Below are positions 12,001-27,000 of a stretch of DNA of 64,000 bases, one piece after another; the stretch's first letter is position 1; every line of letters begins with the position of its first letter. The stretch covers positions 35,030,001 to 35,094,000 of the forward strand of contig NC_047015.1 in the NCBI RefSeq assembly GCF_902652985.1, in the 5' to 3' direction. This DNA is from Pecten maximus. Its lineage: Eukaryota. Position numbers and translations under genes: made by a program. Below the pieces are notes generated by a model, which was not told where the DNA came from, searched no databases, and saw nothing but the letters and a program-made list of their open reading frames with translations.

Positions 12001-15000
12001 CCAGCCTGTGGTACCTATGATAGAGGGTCTATGTTGATATACAATCTCCTAGCCTATGGTACCTGTGATAGAGGGTCTATGTTGATGTACAATCTCCCAG
12101 GCTGTGGTACCAGTGATAGAGGGTATATGATGATGTACAATCTCCCAGCCTGTGGTACCTATGATAGAGGGTCTATGTTGATATACAATCTCCTAGCCTG
12201 TGGTACCTGTGATAGAGGGTCTATGTTGATGTACAATCTCCTAGCCTATGTTACCTGTGATAGAGGGTCTATGTTGATGTACAATCTCCCAGCCTGTGGT
12301 ACCTATTATAGAGGGTCTATGTTGATGATGTACAATCTCCCAGGCTGTGGTACCAGTGATAGAGGGTCTATGTTGATGTACAATCTCCCAGCCTGTGGTA
12401 CCTATGATAGAGGGTCTATGTTGATATACAATCTCCTAGCCTGTGGTACCTGTGATAGAGGGTCTATGTTGATGTACAATCTCCCAGCCTGTGGTACCTG
12501 TGATAGAGGGTCTATGTTGATATACAATCTCCTAGCCTGTGGTACCTGTGATAGAGGGTCTATGTTGATGTACAATCTCCCAGCCTGTGGTACCTGTGAT
12601 AGAGGGTCTATGTTGATGTACAATCTCCCAGCCTATGGTACCTGTGATAGAGGGTCTATGTTGATGTACAATCTCCTAGCCTGTGGTACCTGTGATAGAG
12701 GGTCTATGTTGATGTACAATCTCCTAGCCTATGGTACCTGTGATAGAGGGTCTATGTTGATGTACAATCTCCTAGCCTGTGGTACCTGTGATAGAGGGTC
12801 TATGTTGATGTACAATCTCCCAGGCTGTGGTACCTATTATAGAGGGTCTATGTTGATGTACAATCTCCTAGCCTGTGGTACCTGTGATAGAGGGTCTATG
12901 TTGATGTACAATCTCCCAGCCTATGGTACCTGTGGAAGATAATGCAAGCTGATGTACAATCTCCCACCCTGTGGTACCAATAGAAGATAATCCATGTGGA
13001 TGTACAATCTCCCACCCTGTGGTACCAATAGAAGATAATCCATGTGGATGTACACTCTCCCACCCTGTGGTACCACTGGTACAGAATCTATGTTGACATA
13101 CAATCTCCCTACCTGTGGTATTTGTCAGCAGATGAGAAAGTTTTATATTGAACCAATGTCTCTCATATTGCCATTGGACAAAAGTTGTCTGATGTATAAA
13201 TTTTACCTGTACGATTGTCAGTTTAACTGTATCATTGATGATTGCCAGGGATTTTCCTCACCTTAACTGGTATGTACAATGTCACATTGGGATGTTCATT
13301 ATCTTCAAACTTAAATCGGTTTTTATTTATTTTTCTTTAAATCTAATCATGGATTTGATAATGACTTGGTAAAAAATGTTATGCATAAAAAATATATGAT
13401 TTTGATAGACACATACATGTCTTTGTGGTAAACACAACTGATGAATTTGGCAGTGTTGGGTGTAACCTATAGCCTCGAGTCCTCAGGATTTTTTTGACTG
13501 CCTACTGTCTAATTATACATACAGATATAACAGTCAAAAAGTATACGATGCCTAGTGGGTTAATGTGAGGTGACAGATACTCCTGTTTTACCTGTGTTTG
13601 GGACAATACATTACCTATTAACTGATTTAAACTGAAGTTTGTAAAAAACTATAAAAACAATTCCATGTTTTATGTTCAAATGTTGGATGCATCGTATGTT
13701 GAATTAACTCTCTGAAACAAACCTAACTTTCATCATTTTTGCCAGACTAAAAATGATTTTAATCGGTTTCACATGAAATGGCAACAAGTGTGATATCTTT
13801 AGGTAAAAATTTATCAAGTAATTATACTCTGAATGACATTGACAATACTTTGTTCTCTTTAATATGACATCACAACACCATGATGTCATATTACTTAAAT
13901 CACTTTGTATGAAATTGCACGAGATATTCCCCTTAACAACAAGATTTTATAACTAGGTAATTAAAATGACAGTTAGCTTGCTGAGACATCTATATAAGTA
14001 CTTCTCTCCAGTACCCTGACACCTGTTTGAAGTACTCACCTGACCTTTTTAAGTCTAAAATTATTATTCATAATCATCAGATATCTAAAGTCTAAGTTGT
14101 CTGTCTGAGCTGAAAATTTAGTTTTGTAGAAGTTTCCAGATAATCCAGGAGAAATTAAGGCAGTTGCTAATGTATAGGGGTCAGATTACACAGGATTTTT
14201 TATACTAAGAAAACCAAGTTAATTGATTTACAGGTAATCCCAGGGTCAGTTAAGACAGGTAACAAGGTAGCTATTGTACAGGTGTCAGATTGTACAGGAT
14301 TATATATATAAACCAAGAGGATCATGTTAATTGATTTACAGGTAATCCGGGGGTAAGTTAAGACAGGTGACAGAGTAGCTCTTCTACAGGTGTCAGATTA
14401 TACAGGTTTTATGTACAAAGATATCCCATGTTGATTGCAGAACTTTGTTAAAGGCCAGGCCAATACTGGTTTTCAGAATATCCAGGGGTCAGTTAAGACA
14501 AATAACAAGGTAGCTATTCTACAGGTGTCAGATTATACAGGTTTTATATACAAATTTATCCTATGTTTATTTTAGAACTTCATTAAAGGCCATGCCAATA
14601 CTGATTTCCAGATTATCCAGGGGTCAGCTAAGACAGGTTATATTTTAGCTATGTCTTTGATAAAGTGATTTATCAAAATGTATAATTATGAATAAATTAT
14701 TGTTTGATATAAGACCATTATAGAGACAGGTTTGTATCTATGATTTTGTCGAGACAGAGTCTACCATTGTTATTTATACAGGTAAGTGTAATTTTATATT
14801 CATTCATCAAATATATTTCAGGGAAAACCATAATTTGTGTTAACATAATTATATGAGATATTAATGGTATCTCCACCTTGTTAACCTAAATTCTACACAT
14901 TGTACAAATCAACATATTTGTCATTGTTCAGAACAAGGACTATCTAATTAATGAACAATTTTTATATGCATGTATAGTTTAATTAGACACAGTGACTCAC

Positions 15001-18000
15001 TGCCTAATTAGGTTAACTATGGCAAAAATTAATGTATGTAAATGATGGTTACCTGAGAGATAAGTGCATATTTTATAGATGTGCAACACATTCAAAGTCA
15101 CATGACCATTTAAGGCTTGGTGTGGAACGGAGTGTAATAAATACTGGAGGGTAACTGTAGGAACATCAAAGTTGACACCAGACTCTAGTTATCTAATATT
15201 GTCAGTGCTGAGGTGGATCCAGGATTTAATTATAAGTTTATCTGTTACTCTGTGATAGCTAGGACATTGATATTTTGTATGGACTTTTTAACACAATATT
15301 TAACTTTGGACTTACTTTGTTTTGTCCACATTCTCTATGTTGAAGGTTTGGCCACATTCTCTAGACTAGAGGTTTGGCCACATTCTCTAGGCTAGAGGTT
15401 TGGCCACATTCTCTAGGCTAGAGGTTTGGCCACATTCTCTAGACTAGAGGTTTGGCCACATTCTCTAGGTTAGAGGTTCGGCCACATTCTCTAGGTTAGA
15501 GGTTTGGCCACATTCTCTATGTTAGAGGTTCGGCCACATTCTCTAGTCTGAAAACGTTTTGGCCATATAGATAAATTTGGGTTTCACATTTCATATGTGT
15601 CAGAGTGTGAGATAGGTGGGGCATACAATATATATGTTTCACATTCCCATGCAAGTCTCTTCTTATCCACAAAGTAGTGAAGATTTTGTATTAGAATAAA
15701 TAATTTTAAAAGGAAAGATGCCTGGCATTTATCACTGGATCCAGTCATGGTATGTCAGCAAAATTAGTCATCTTTATTATGTTTTAGGGATATTAAGTCA
15801 CTGCACTGCATACATTTCTAAATTTATTGCAAAAAATTCTTTATGCTGTACTTTTCTATAAGAATCTGATTTTAATTAAATTCATACCAAACTAACCAAA
15901 AAATTCTTATCTCTGTGGAAATGTAAAATTAAAATTGAGTGTGAGGATATGAAGTCAATGTGCCCCTCCCCTTCTGTATAAAGTATACCACAGATTGAGT
16001 GTGAGGATATGAAGTCAATGTGCCCCTCCCCTTCTGTATAAAGTATACCACAGATTGAGTGTGAGGATATGAAGTCAATGTGCCCCTCCCCTTCTGTATA
16101 AACTATCCCTCAATTGCTTTGATGATACGAATATGAAGCTGAACTTTGTGAAAAATTACCGAAGGGTGTCAGGAATTATCCAACTCTTGGTTGGAATGTA
16201 ATCAATTGGAATGTTTGGTAAAAAACACATTTTCTGGTAACAATGAAGATACTGTGTGTTACAGAGTACGGGGAATCCAGATCACACAGGTGTTGTAAAT
16301 ATACCATGTGGCTTAAGTTTTAATTTTTCTCTGTAATTAAAAAATGGGTGTCTTAAAAAGAAATATTTGAGTTCAGTATACTTTATTTTAAATGAATACT
16401 TGTAGTCCTCGGGGGACTTCTGGTCCAAATCAAGCATTTATGGAAGAATTGGCCATATAAGAAATTTGGAAAAACAATTACTACATTTTTAATATAATCT
16501 GAATTATAAAAAATTATATGTCTACTACAGGAGAAAGATGTAAGAACAGTTTTGTTTGTATCCCAAACATACGAAGGACCCAAGTACATGGTATCCGGGG
16601 CATCAAAGTGTTTGATGTCTATGGACATCACAGGGTTTGTGTGTAAGCAATTTCATGTAGACACACTATGTGATGTTAGCCTGGGGTCAGTCTAAGGTTC
16701 CTACGAAAAATCTCCTTTTTGTTGAATCTCATCTTAACATCAGACATTGGGACAGGAATAATGCGTAGACTACAACCAATCATGTATGACTATCCTTTGT
16801 TTTAATGAATATTGATCTTTCACTGGCCTCAGGTATTCTCCGGTACTATCTGATCATTCTGTATACTTTTAGGACATATGTAGTTTATCAATTTGGGGGA
16901 GTCACCTGTGTGTGTGACCTCAGATCCAGGAGGGAAAACCTCTATATGACGGAAACCTCTGTAAAATGACAATAAGTGATATTGGGACCATCTCCATAAG
17001 TCAACACACTATTGCCATATCTGTATATTGATGTTCTCAGTTAAAGAACAATCTCTATACAGGGAACCGTTTCTATAAATTGACGAACTAGTGATGCCAT
17101 CTATATATTGTTGCTTTGGTAAAGAGACAACCTGTTTATAAGGACTATTTGGTAAAGAGACAACCTGTTTATAAGGACTATTTGGTAAAGAGACAACCTG
17201 TTAATAAGAACTATCTCTGCAAATTGACAAATAGTGGTATTATCTTTATAATGCTATTCTAGGTAAAAGGACAACCTGTCTGTATGGACAACCTGTCTGT
17301 ATGGACAACCTGTCTGTATGGACCATCCCTGTAAATCAACAATCTAGTATATGTGACATAGGTGTATATTGATTCTATCAGCAAAGGGACAGCCTGCCTA
17401 TAATGACCATCTGAGTAAATCAACAAACTTGTGAAATCATCTGTATACAATGTTGCTGTCACCAAAGTCTCATTCTGTAGTATTAAAATGTTGATTAGTT
17501 ACTGTCCAAGTACATTTTGATTTTAACAAATCTACTAAATAACTTTTATAGTTATATAATGAGGGATTTAAATTGGTCTCTCCCTAGTACCAATTTTCCC
17601 CATAATGTGTCAACATTAGATTTAGAACATGTATGTATGTACATGAGTCTAAGGAATTTCCACAGCCATTGATTTTGGTCAAAACAAAATACTACCATAA
17701 TTGTCTGGCTTTTCACATTGGTTTTGTAAAAGTTTCACTACAATGAGGCGTAAAGTCTCTTAACTTTAGAAGATTGAGTTGTCAATTGTGGCTGAGCATT
17801 TATAAGATTCTCGTCAAATATATATAATATATAAGCAGCTGTTTAAATTGAATTTTCATCAATCTAGGTCATTTAAATGTTTTATTCTGTTAATCCTGAA
17901 AAAATCTATTGGCCATTTAGCTGGTAGTTTTGTGCACTTCTGCAAAAACATGTTGGAGTCACCTGAAGGCTTCACAACTCTTGTTCTGACAATTAAGGTA

Positions 18001-21000
18001 TTTCATTGTTAATTTAAAAGATATTAGTTTAAACGTTTAATTCTCATGTTTAAAATTAATCTTTTTTCTTGATGTGAGGTACAAGCAACACCTTCACTTT
18101 ACCTTTCAGTGTTTACAGTTACCTGAAACTTAAGGCTGGAGTATTACACTGACTTAAATTCTGTTGGAATTTACTAAATTTCCTCACCAGAGGGGAAAAC
18201 GCTGAAAGGTCAAAGTGGGACATATTTGAATAGTTGCCAATCATGATTAATCTTGGTGTCATCTTAAATACTGCACAGGGAATTCATCTTTTAAGTAAAT
18301 AAAGTAGCACAGGTATATCAGAGTGGTTCTAAAACTGGCAGTCTGCAGGTGATGTGTTCAGTTTTATTTACCTGTGTCTTTCTCACCTGGGAGGTGACGC
18401 GGAATACCTGGATTTGATTAATCACTTGTGGGAATATATATCTTATCATGGCTGTTTATATACGGTTTCTTTCAATAGTTTGTATATTTTCCAAAATAAT
18501 TGAATTGTAACTGTATCAGTTTAATTAAAACATATGGTTTTTAATTTGTATTATATATATATATTATATTTCCGCTGAACATATATAAATGGGCATGTGA
18601 CAATTGTATGTATTTCCTTGGCCAAGTGGTTAAGGTGTCCCGACACTTTATCACTAGCCTTCCACCTCTGGGTTGCGAGTTCGAAACCCACGTGGGGCAG
18701 TTGCCTGGTACCGTAGGTCGGGGTACTGACCGTAGGTCGGTGGTTTTCCTGCAGGTTCTTCGGCTTTCCTCCACCTCCGGCACGTTCTTAATTAAATAAC
18801 CCTGGGTGTTAATAGGACTTTAAACAGAAATAAACCAAATCAAATTCCTTGAATAATTGACTTTTTCTTTATATTTTATTATTTTCTTACATTAAATCAT
18901 TGCCAGATAGCACTATTCAAAGTTAAATTTTCGAATGCAGTAATTATTTTAAAAAGTATATATAATGTATGTTGGAATTTTCTCATTTACAAAAATTAGG
19001 AAAATACAATTAAAACAAATGTTTTTTTTCACTCCCTGTTAATCTATCCACACATCACTGAGAAATAACCAGTTTTTTGTTTGTTTTTTCCAACGACCAA
19101 ACTATGGTAGCTCCAGGCTACTTGATCAGCTGTGACCACTACATGCATCAGTTAAATGTTTGATACCTTCTTGTCAGTTTTAAGGAAATTCATCTAATTT
19201 AAGCTTTATTAAGACAAGAACCAACCTTAACTAACCTAAAATTCTAATATGGACTCTACCACTCTTTGATCTGGAGATGAACACTTACTGGTAATGTTGT
19301 ACGGAAGGTTGGTGCATTGAAAAGGAATTCATTAAATTGATGGAGAAAGTTTGATCAGGTGTCAGACTTCGAACTAAAACAAGTTTTAATGGGCGAAGAT
19401 TTGGTCGTCTGCCAGCTAGTGAAGATGTTTTATAGAGTTATTTGCATGTAGGTATGAATATGTAGTGTTAGGATCAATATTATGTATGCTTGTTATGTGT
19501 GGCAGACCTGTCACATACTATTATTTATTGTGTAAAATGGGGAGAAAAGACAATGAAAGTGCATTGTTGTTAAGGCAATGTTTGGGGATTTTTCTGTGAT
19601 AGATGGTAAAAGGAAATCCATTTCACATTGCATAGAAAATGATATAGAAATATCCAATACTATTACAAAATTATTGCAGATGCTGAATGATAGATAGCTT
19701 ATGTATGTGATGATTGAGGGATGTCCAAAGAATTGTGCCACTGAATATTTTTAATATGTTATAATGCACTACACAAACTGTGGTAAAAAAACATTTAAAA
19801 CTGAAGGTTTTTGAGTGATCTTACTGATATGGCAGTGGTATAAAGGGGAGGTAGAGTTGATATTGGCACCTGACAGACACAGAACAGAAATTTAGAGGAT
19901 TAATGAACAACCAGAAAAACCAACCTTTCTTTCCTACTTATACCTGTAAGTTTTGGACACATTTTCCTCTCATCGTAACTAACCAGTCAAGCTCTTGTGG
20001 TCCAACTACAGAGCAATGGTCACTTAAGATATAATTAATTGAGCATTCTCTGGAACGTAGAGACTTGACATAATGCTTATCTTTCATGTGTAGCTAGGAG
20101 GTTATTCGTGTGGACATGATGAACAGCTTGGTACACTCCTCACTCACGCTGTCCGATGGATAACTGGGGGCTGTGTACCTTAGCCCAGCTACTCCAAGTC
20201 AGAGCATCTTAAAATTATATAAAAAACATTTTGTAGAATTCAAAAATGGCAAATTTGGAAACAAGTTATTTTGTTTCAATGCGGAGTTAGTGCAGCACCA
20301 AGCATCAAAAGTACTCAAAATGTTTTAGTACAAATGAAATAAAAATGATGATATTTAGAAAGAATTGGTACAACCTAACCAGGCTTTGAAAAAATGGAAG
20401 AATTACTTTGGTTAAGCTAAAATTTCACTTAGTGATTATTCATTGTTTTTGATTTGATTAATTTAGATTGAATGTTGAAATGATACACTTTTTTCTATCT
20501 CTTTCAGAAAGAAGTATCTGAAGGTTCGGAATGGAATCATCAAAGCTCAAGCCCAGATTCGAATGCGTAGGCAGCGCAGAAAATATCTTTATGTAAGGCC
20601 CCTTATATCAATGATAATAGCTCCTTAGGTACATTAATACCTCACCAGGTCATGACCTGTAGGTTTGGCTGCAGGAGGTTGGTGAGCTTAGGTTTACCTT
20701 ATGAAGTTGTGGTATCTGTGTATTTATTGTATGATGGCACTATGTTCCACCCTTACCAACCCCAGGGCGATAGTCATTTGACAAGGGCTGGCGCTGTATT
20801 AGTCAGTTTCTATGAATATGGCCTCAATCAAACTCGCGCATCTTGAATCCACCCAAATCTGCCCACCTTCCTCAGCTATACTGTGTATCTATGTACATTG
20901 TAGTCTTGTCCGACAGGTTAACAGGATCTCGGAATGGAGCTGAGTGGCCACACTGTAAAATTCTTCCTGGATTTAAATTTCTAACTTTTTATTTCGGGTT

Positions 21001-24000
21001 TTTTAAACCAGGTAAAATTTTAAAGAAAAAAAAACTGTTAAATATCTTTGACATTCTTGAAAAAAAAAGTGCTTATGAACAGCTGATTTACATGAACACT
21101 CCAGAGACGGTGTAGCTGTTGTCAGACATGGTCAATCACCGTCACGGTTGATTAGTTTTATCTTGTGTTTTAGGTCAGTATTTCGTCTGTCATAGCCAGG
21201 GGATTTTAGTGCTGTGTCCATGGTTTGATGGTTGGGTTTTGGACAGTTTCCATTAAGCATGAGTGATTATTCCAGGATTAAGATCCAGAGACGTTTTTAG
21301 AGCGGATGTCTATATTAAATCTTTATACTCAGCTAATAGTTTTTATTTTGTGATACACACTTGTTGGATAGGACAAGGGACTCCGTAAGAAATTATCTTA
21401 CACTTTTTACAGACAAATGGAAATAATACCACAGTGAATCTTAAAACCAGCATCAAAATGCCGTGTTCCGTGATGGAATCTATTTCATCCTCTCCGACAT
21501 ACGATTCTGTGTGTGATGAAGTTAAATTTTACTTTTCCCAGGCTCGGGAGGAAATAAAACGCAAAGCTGAACAAGAACGGATTGATCGCCGAAAACGTGA
21601 GGAACAAGTCAAAATGGAACAAGAAGAAAAAGTAAGTTTATCAATTTAAATATTTGTTTTATTCCACTTTTTTTAGAGATTCCAAATTGCTGAAATTTGC
21701 TCAAGGCTCTGAATATACTTTAAAACAGAGCTAAACAGAAAAAAAATGTTATCTGTACCTGACTCATACCTGTAGTTTTGTTTATGTTCTGCTTCCATCC
21801 ACCATTTTCAATAATAATGGTTGGAATGAAATGATAGGAATAAAATGGAAAAAAATAATTTAAAAGATAATTACGGTATTCAAAAATGTGAATTTGAAAA
21901 GCATAACAATATCAACAACTATTTTTCTACTTTCTTCAATTTAAAAAACTTGATTAGAAAAGTAGAATATGAGGTATATAGAAGTGTATACAGGGGCAGG
22001 GTGTTTCCAAACAACACAAAATATAGTGGTAGATGTGACGTCCATTTCAACAGGTGGACGCAAATATATGTTTATACCTCGGGGACAGTCATCAGATGGG
22101 GCGAGTCGGTGAACTTGTCTCCAGATCAGAGATATATATCAACATGTAGTCAAAACAGTTTGTCTCACCAATAAAATATCTAATTAGCACATCAAAACAA
22201 CGTGGAGACTTTGTAAAATAAAACCGTTACAGTTTGTGGAAGGTAATCAAACTCAGGTCATTATGAACAATTTTTGTTTATATTTTCCTTTCACTGAATG
22301 AAATTCATTAAAAAGATAATTGAAAAAATTATCAGTTTATTTCACCAATTTTTTTAAAACACATAAGTTTATAAATAAAGGAAATGTCTGATTTTGTTTA
22401 TGAAGTTCAGGGATATGATAGATTTGGGTTACAGAAAATTAGCTAAAAGCTTGTTTTCAGCAGTTGTTTTACATACCAAATTAGCAGTTTTCTGGATTTA
22501 TATCCCAATGAACAGTCAGGGTTAATTTGAGGCTGGATCTTGATGTAGTAGCTGGTGGCTACCTCACTGAACATTATACAAGAAGCCTGTCGATATATGA
22601 TTTACATGATCCTATTTAATTTTATAAGCAATCATTATAACAGCATTACCAGACAAATTAAGTTGTTATTGTAAATCTCAATATGTTGACATTGATTGAC
22701 TTATGTACATCAGTGAAATGACATGGCAGATTCATAATTTTTACTTGGTTGAAAATTTGAACTTACTTAAGAGTCATAATTAGTTAATAATAGAGGGCTA
22801 ATATAAAAATAATGAAATGAAACATGAGCTTGTCAATTCTGTGACAGGCTATGTTTTTCTTTGGGGTTATAGATATTAATTCTGATGAATTTGATTTCAT
22901 CAAATTAATTCATCACACAGAAACATCTCATTGACACCTTGACAGAGTTATAAATGCTGTTAAAAGTCTGTACTTGAAAAATATATTTTGAACATTTGAT
23001 TGAGTGCTCAGCCTTTGATTTGAAGCCCCACTTCCCAGACTGAGCCTCTCCCAGAATACTAGTATATAAATCAGGCATTGCCTCACAGTTTTGACTTTCT
23101 GCACAATGAAAGGTCTCCAGATCTCAGAAACTCTTAAAAATTGCATATTGTATCTGAAGCTTCTGTCTTTGGGAAACCCAATAACATTACCTATGACATG
23201 TTTTCATTGAACACTCCTGTCCAAAATCAAGTTTCATTTAATACCATTTATTTCATATTTGTTCCAGGAATTTCATATTTCATTTAAAGCCTGGAGCTTT
23301 CAAATTCATTTCATTTCATTAAAACCCTGAAACTGTATATTTCATTAAGTTCTAGATTTGATTGACCTCTAAAACTTCTGGTTTTATTTGAACCCTAGAA
23401 CTCTACCAGATTTCAACTGAACCTAATTAAGCATGTTTTCCTGGGAAGCTCATAACTATCTGATAGTATATGCCCTATAAAAACATTTCCTGTATTCCTT
23501 CTCTTTGTAATTGTTAATTATTTCTACTCTTTCATTTCCAGTTGAAAAAATAGCCACTGTTAATGTATTCTTGTACATTTAATAAATAAAAACCGTTTTA
23601 TACAAATAAAATCTTCAGTGATACAGAGAGTCAGAAGAATGTATGATAAATGATGGGAGTGTCCTTGTATCTTGACCATGGCATTCTATTGGATCGGTCA
23701 GTAGCCAACGTCACATGATGAATGACCAGGGCCGAGTGTTCCCTTATTACAGCTGTTAGACTGTTTATGATCGTATAACACTGACTGTCATTGTTGACTA
23801 GTGTCAAGGTGACACGTGGACGTTGTAGAACATATCGGTCAGTACTGTAGGACTATGGTGTATAGTGATGATATAGTGCACCTGCATGTAGTTTTTGCAT
23901 TGTCAAACTTTTGACCATTAAATCATGAAAGGGTTATAATATCTAGAACCAGTTTATTAAATAGCAAAATTTGGGTTTTTATTTAACCTTCACTATAGGG

Positions 24001-27000
24001 TCTTATAATTATGTTCAAGGTCATAGCATATGCCAAGGAGATGGCAATAAACAGTCCCGCTCTTGACCATTAATTGATAAACTGGAACTTAATTATCATA
24101 TAAGTTAAAATATCATTTTTCAGTACCAATCAGCATTTACTAGACCACTGTGTATTGTTTGTCTCCAAAGGTCATTTGGCAATTAATTCATGCATAATGG
24201 TCAAGTGATTAGTCAAGCGGCTATCACCCTGGGCAGGTGACCGATCAGATCTCGCTAATCTATTATATCTGACATGTGACCCTTATCAAAGGACAATTAT
24301 CCTGTCTATAACTATTACAGCAAAATAATTAGGTCAAGATCTAGTTAAGTTTAGATGCTATAGCAGTTGTTTCAACATATTAATTAATGGCAGTTGTTAG
24401 CTATGAAGATTCTTCTTGAGGGATACACGAACCTATGTGTCACCTGTATATAGAGACAGCTCAATCTCCTTGAGGGATACTGTACCTATGTATCACCTGT
24501 ATATAGAGACAGCTCAATCTCCTTGAGGGGTACTATACCTATGTATCACCTGTATATAGAGATAGCTCAATCTCCTTGAGGGATACTGTACCTATGTATG
24601 ACCTGTATATAGAGACAGCTCAATCTCCTTGAGGGATACTGTACCTATGTATGACCTGTATATAGAGACAGCTCAATCTCCTTGAGGGATACTGTACCTA
24701 TGTATGACCTGTATATAGAGACAGCTCAATCTCCTTGAGGGATACTGTACCTATGTATCACCTGTATATAGAGACAGCTCAATCTCCTTGAGGGGTACTA
24801 TACCTATGTATCACCTGTATATAGAGATAGCTCAATCTCCTTGAGGGATACTGTACCTATGTATCACCTGTATATAGAGACAGCTCAATCTCCTTGAGGG
24901 ATACTGTACCTATGTATCACCTGTATATAGAGACAGCTCAATCTCCTTGAGGGATACTGTACCTATGTATCACCTGTATATAGAGACAGCTCAATCTCCT
25001 TGAGGGATACTGTACCTATGTATGACCTGTATATAGAGACAGATCAATCTCCTTGAGGGGTACTGTACCTATGTATCACCTGTATATAGAGACAGCTCAA
25101 TCTCCTTGAGGGATACTGTACAGCTCAAGCGTAAGACATCACATAATCTAATTCTTTAATGTCAAGGATATTTAGAAAGGTAAAAGTTCGGATGACTGAC
25201 ATATAAACAACACACATTTTTTCATTAAAAGACTCTGCACTCAATTTAGGAGATCATGATCCAGATTTATAACTTTCTGAATGGTACAAATATATGGCTC
25301 CATTAAAAACAGATCAGATTGGTTTTTAGCTGCACCAAGTATCTAGCTATTATCTTCATTATACGATATGGTTGGTCTCTTTTAACTTCATGCAATTACA
25401 AATATATATATATAATGATTTGAAAGAAAATCAAGTACTTGTAAACATTGATATTCATTAACATTTAAGTACTCCTAGATATCTTAAATATTCATGAACC
25501 AACTCAGAAAAGAAAAACATTATTTGTTTTGATCAATTTTATGCTGTAAAATTTGTAATATCAGGAAGATGTACATGATGTTCCATAAATTAATGCACAT
25601 TTTCAGAGTTTAGATAACAATCCCCCAATATTATTAAGTTATTTATAGTACAGAATTGACACATGTTGATATAAAAATAACAATAAAAAGAACAAGGTAT
25701 TGATTAGATCAGAGAAAAAACATGACAGAATATTCTAAATACTTCGAAAAATCGTATTTTCAATATATTTGGCTAAACATTCATTGGTCCCTGTAAGAAA
25801 AAAACAGACAGACAATGGAATTTTACACATTGTTGATGTTTAGGCCTGTGGCAGGTAATGATATTGATCTTTGTGACATTTCAATACAAGATGTATCTTG
25901 AGGCTATATGACCGATTTGTACAGTAAAACCCAGGACAGGGTGTTATGATACTTATAAAGTCAATGTCATTAACATATATATATTATGGGTTTCATTATT
26001 TAAAAAAAAAAAAATCATTTTAACCCCCTTTTTGTTATAAATCACATTTTTGGAATCTGAGAGTGCATGGAAAAAATTTATGGTTAAATGTATTTTTAGC
26101 AGCATCAATGTAAATATGTCTGGCATTTCATTATTTACTTAACGGTTAGGTAAACGGCTTTGTCTCATGTTACCAGTGACATCTAAGTAATGGACAGGAG
26201 TTAAACTAGAATTCAAACTTGTTATTTCCTTTATTCATGAGAAGTGCCCAGGGGACATATCTTATAAAATAAATAAAATATGTACCATATCTTTATCTCT
26301 AAATCATGTTTAACTTAAAATTTTTTACACTTATGGACATTTGTGGAGGTGAATATAGGTGGTTATATGAACACAAGAAAAAGAGATATAAACGGAGGTA
26401 AGGTTGAATTAACAATTGTATTCACTAAAACCTTCTTGAACCTGAGAATAGTTAAACCTGTGTAATCAGGCAATCATATAGACAGATAGTTGTTATAGAC
26501 AGGTGGTTGTTATAGACAGGTAGTTGTTATAGAGAGGTGGTTGTTATAGAGAAGTGGCTGGGAGAAGTAGTTGTTATAGAGAGGTGGTTGTAATAGACAG
26601 GTAGTTCTAGAGCAGTGGTTGTAATAGACAGGTGATAGTTATAGAGAATTTTAATCGGTTGTTATAATGAGGTGGTTATTTTAGACAGGTGTTAGTTATA
26701 GAGAGGTAGTTATTTTAGACAGGTGTTAGTTATAGAGAGGTGCTTATTTTTAGACAGGTGTTAGTTATAGAAAGGTGGTTATTTATTTAGACAGGTGTTT
26801 GTTATAGAGAGGTGGTTATTAGTCCCCCACCGGAATCCGGGGGGGACTATAGGTTTGCGTTGTGTCCGTCCGTCTGTCCGTCCGTCCGTCCGTCCGTCCT
26901 TCCGCACACTATTTGTCCGGGCTCTATCTCCCATACTATAAGACACTGGAACTTCATACTTAGTGTGTGGGTTCCCTGTGGGAAGGCGGTGTGTCGCATA

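Noticed and set aside
18619-18700. tRNA gene
   Set aside because: A and B boxes are present, but there is no full cloverleaf and the sequence continues into a SINE body and tail.
23855-23895. Possible alternative first exon [11 protein letters not shown] in phase 0
   Set aside because: The donor (gtagtt) is weak and the ORF is very short; indistinguishable from chance.
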